Shown here in pieces: positions 62,649 to 64,000 of a stretch of DNA of 64,000 nt. The first letter of the stretch is position 1, and every line of letters begins with the position of its first letter. The DNA lies in the NCBI RefSeq assembly GCF_000142905.1, contig NW_013657676.1, positions 372,001 through 436,000 on the forward strand. The letters are read 5' to 3'. The notes under the pieces were generated by a model. The model worked only from the letters and a program-made list of their open reading frames with translations, had not been told where the DNA came from and ran no database searches. The translations under genes and the position numbers were made by a program. This DNA comes from Thecamonas trahens ATCC 50062 (taxonomy: Eukaryota; Protista; Apusomonadida).

Positions 62649-64000
62649 ATGCTCCGGCTGGTGTACTCACTGGCACTGGTTGTCATCCTAGCCATAGCCG
62701 TCAATGGACGCGGCCTCTTCTACGGCCTGCAGACAGATCACATCATCCCTGGACCTCCTGGCCGTACGTCACTATCCCCTACCTCGTCTCCAGCCATGGC
62801 TGCGGCAAGCTTCTAATTCAAACTCGCACGTGCTGCGTGCCATCATCACCCGGACCCGAAACCTGCCCCCCCCCTTTGACACACACACACACAGTGCATA
62901 TTGCTGTCATCAAATGGGGGGAGAGGAAGGGGGTAGGAGAGGGGGGGGGGGGTAAGAGAAGGTTGCAGGGGGTGGGGATGGGGGACCAAAGGGAAGGGAG
63001 GGGGGAGGGGGGGGGGGCCTGGCTGGCCATAGCTGCCGCGTGACCTGGCGACATGGCGACATCATTTGGTTGATGGCGTCGCCCTGGTGATGGTGTGAAT
63101 GGGACTGACTGGTGATGATGATGATGACTTTGGGACTCCGGGGGGAGGGGAGGTTAGACAATCAGTTTGGCCGCGAAGTCTTTGACGCCAAGGACATCAA
63201 CAACGATGGAAACGCCGACATGATTACACGGCAGTACGGATCGCCATCGCGTGAGGCCAAGCATGTAGGGCCTGTGGCACTCTACCTTGGCCCACTCGAT
63301 GCGGTGGCCTCGGCAGACGACTATGACTTCTCTTTCCAGCCAAAGGTGGGCGTGAACGGATCGTACCATGCTCGGTTTGGCGAGCTGGTGGTGACCGGCG
63401 ACGTCAATCACGACGGCTACGACGATCTGATCATGTCGTCGCAGGTGACGATTACAGCATACGTGTACGTGTTCTTTGGGCCGTTCACTAAGGCTCCGGA
63501 CGGGAGCGCGCGCAAGGTCAACCTCACGCTCGCTGACGCAGACATTGTGCTCAACGGAGATCCGTTGACGACAGGCTCGACGTTTGGCCACGCCATTGTT
63601 GTGTGCGAGGTCGACTCGGTGCCCGGCATGGATCTGGTGATCGGCGACCCAACGTTCAATGTCTCGGGCACCGACACCAAGGAGGGCGCCATCTTTGTGT
63701 ATACCGGGCCGCTGACAGGGACCCAGTACTCGGTGGCCGATGCGAGCCTCGCGCTCGAAGGCACCATTGTCGACGCGAAGTTTTCCGACACGCTGCGGTG
63801 TGCAGACGTCAACGGCGTGCCCGGCGATGAGCTCATCGTTGCCGAGCCGGGCTATGGCTCAGCGGCGGGCCGGGTGCTTATTTTCGACGATTTGCACGCC
63901 GGCGGCCGCATCTCGGCCCAGTTTGTGGGGCCGCTCATCTCAACTGTCTTTCCCGTCCCGAGTGGCGGAAACATCACGCTCATGATTCCCAACGGCTTTG
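62649..64000 (+). CDS. Secreted/surface FG-GAP repeat (integrin-alpha beta-propeller-like) protein, truncated by window end; exon 1 62649-62763, exon 2 from ~63158
   Basis: Signal peptide MLRLVYSLALVVILAIAVNG. My translation of the frame missing from the ORF track gives FGREV..KDINNDGNADM, FGELVVTGDVNHDGYDDLI, FGHAIV..DLVIGDP..GAIFVY, ADVNGVPGDELIVAEPGY..GRVLIF. Confidence 0.85.

Overview
GC-rich, very gene-dense eukaryotic nuclear DNA with about 28 protein-coding genes, few spliceosomal introns (donors GTACGT/GTAGGT/GTATGT, acceptors mostly CACAG/TACAG/ATAG), poly-C/poly-G tracts in non-coding DNA and two 100-N assembly gaps. Gene content and style suggest a flagellated protist, possibly an apusomonad such as Thecamonas (inference only). 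Recognisable genes: TBCCD1, VPS50, CASD1-like, USP40-like, LENG1-like, INTS11, GMPPB, POLR3A, ARL8, PGAP1, AP5M1, a DH-PH RhoGEF, PEX3, a J-protein, EXO1, trehalase and the Rieske protein. The most unusual items are: (1) a stand-alone clathrin heavy-chain terminal-domain protein with no legs or trimerisation domain; (2) a 1942-aa talin-rod/vinculin-like helical protein with no evident FERM head, ending in a CaaX prenylation motif, about 2 kb from an FG-GAP (integrin-alpha-like) gene; (3) an articulin/epiplastin-like VPGPV-repeat protein whose start codon appears split by an intron; (4) a Stealth-family protein lacking the conserved Asp motifs; (5) a bacterial-type VOC-cupin-cupin gene. Three genes have single-base frameshifts and the trehalase has a 399-bp tandem duplication; both are probably assembly or sequencing artefacts. 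No tRNA, rRNA, CRISPR array or transposon was recognised. All homology calls come from motif recognition by eye, not database searches.
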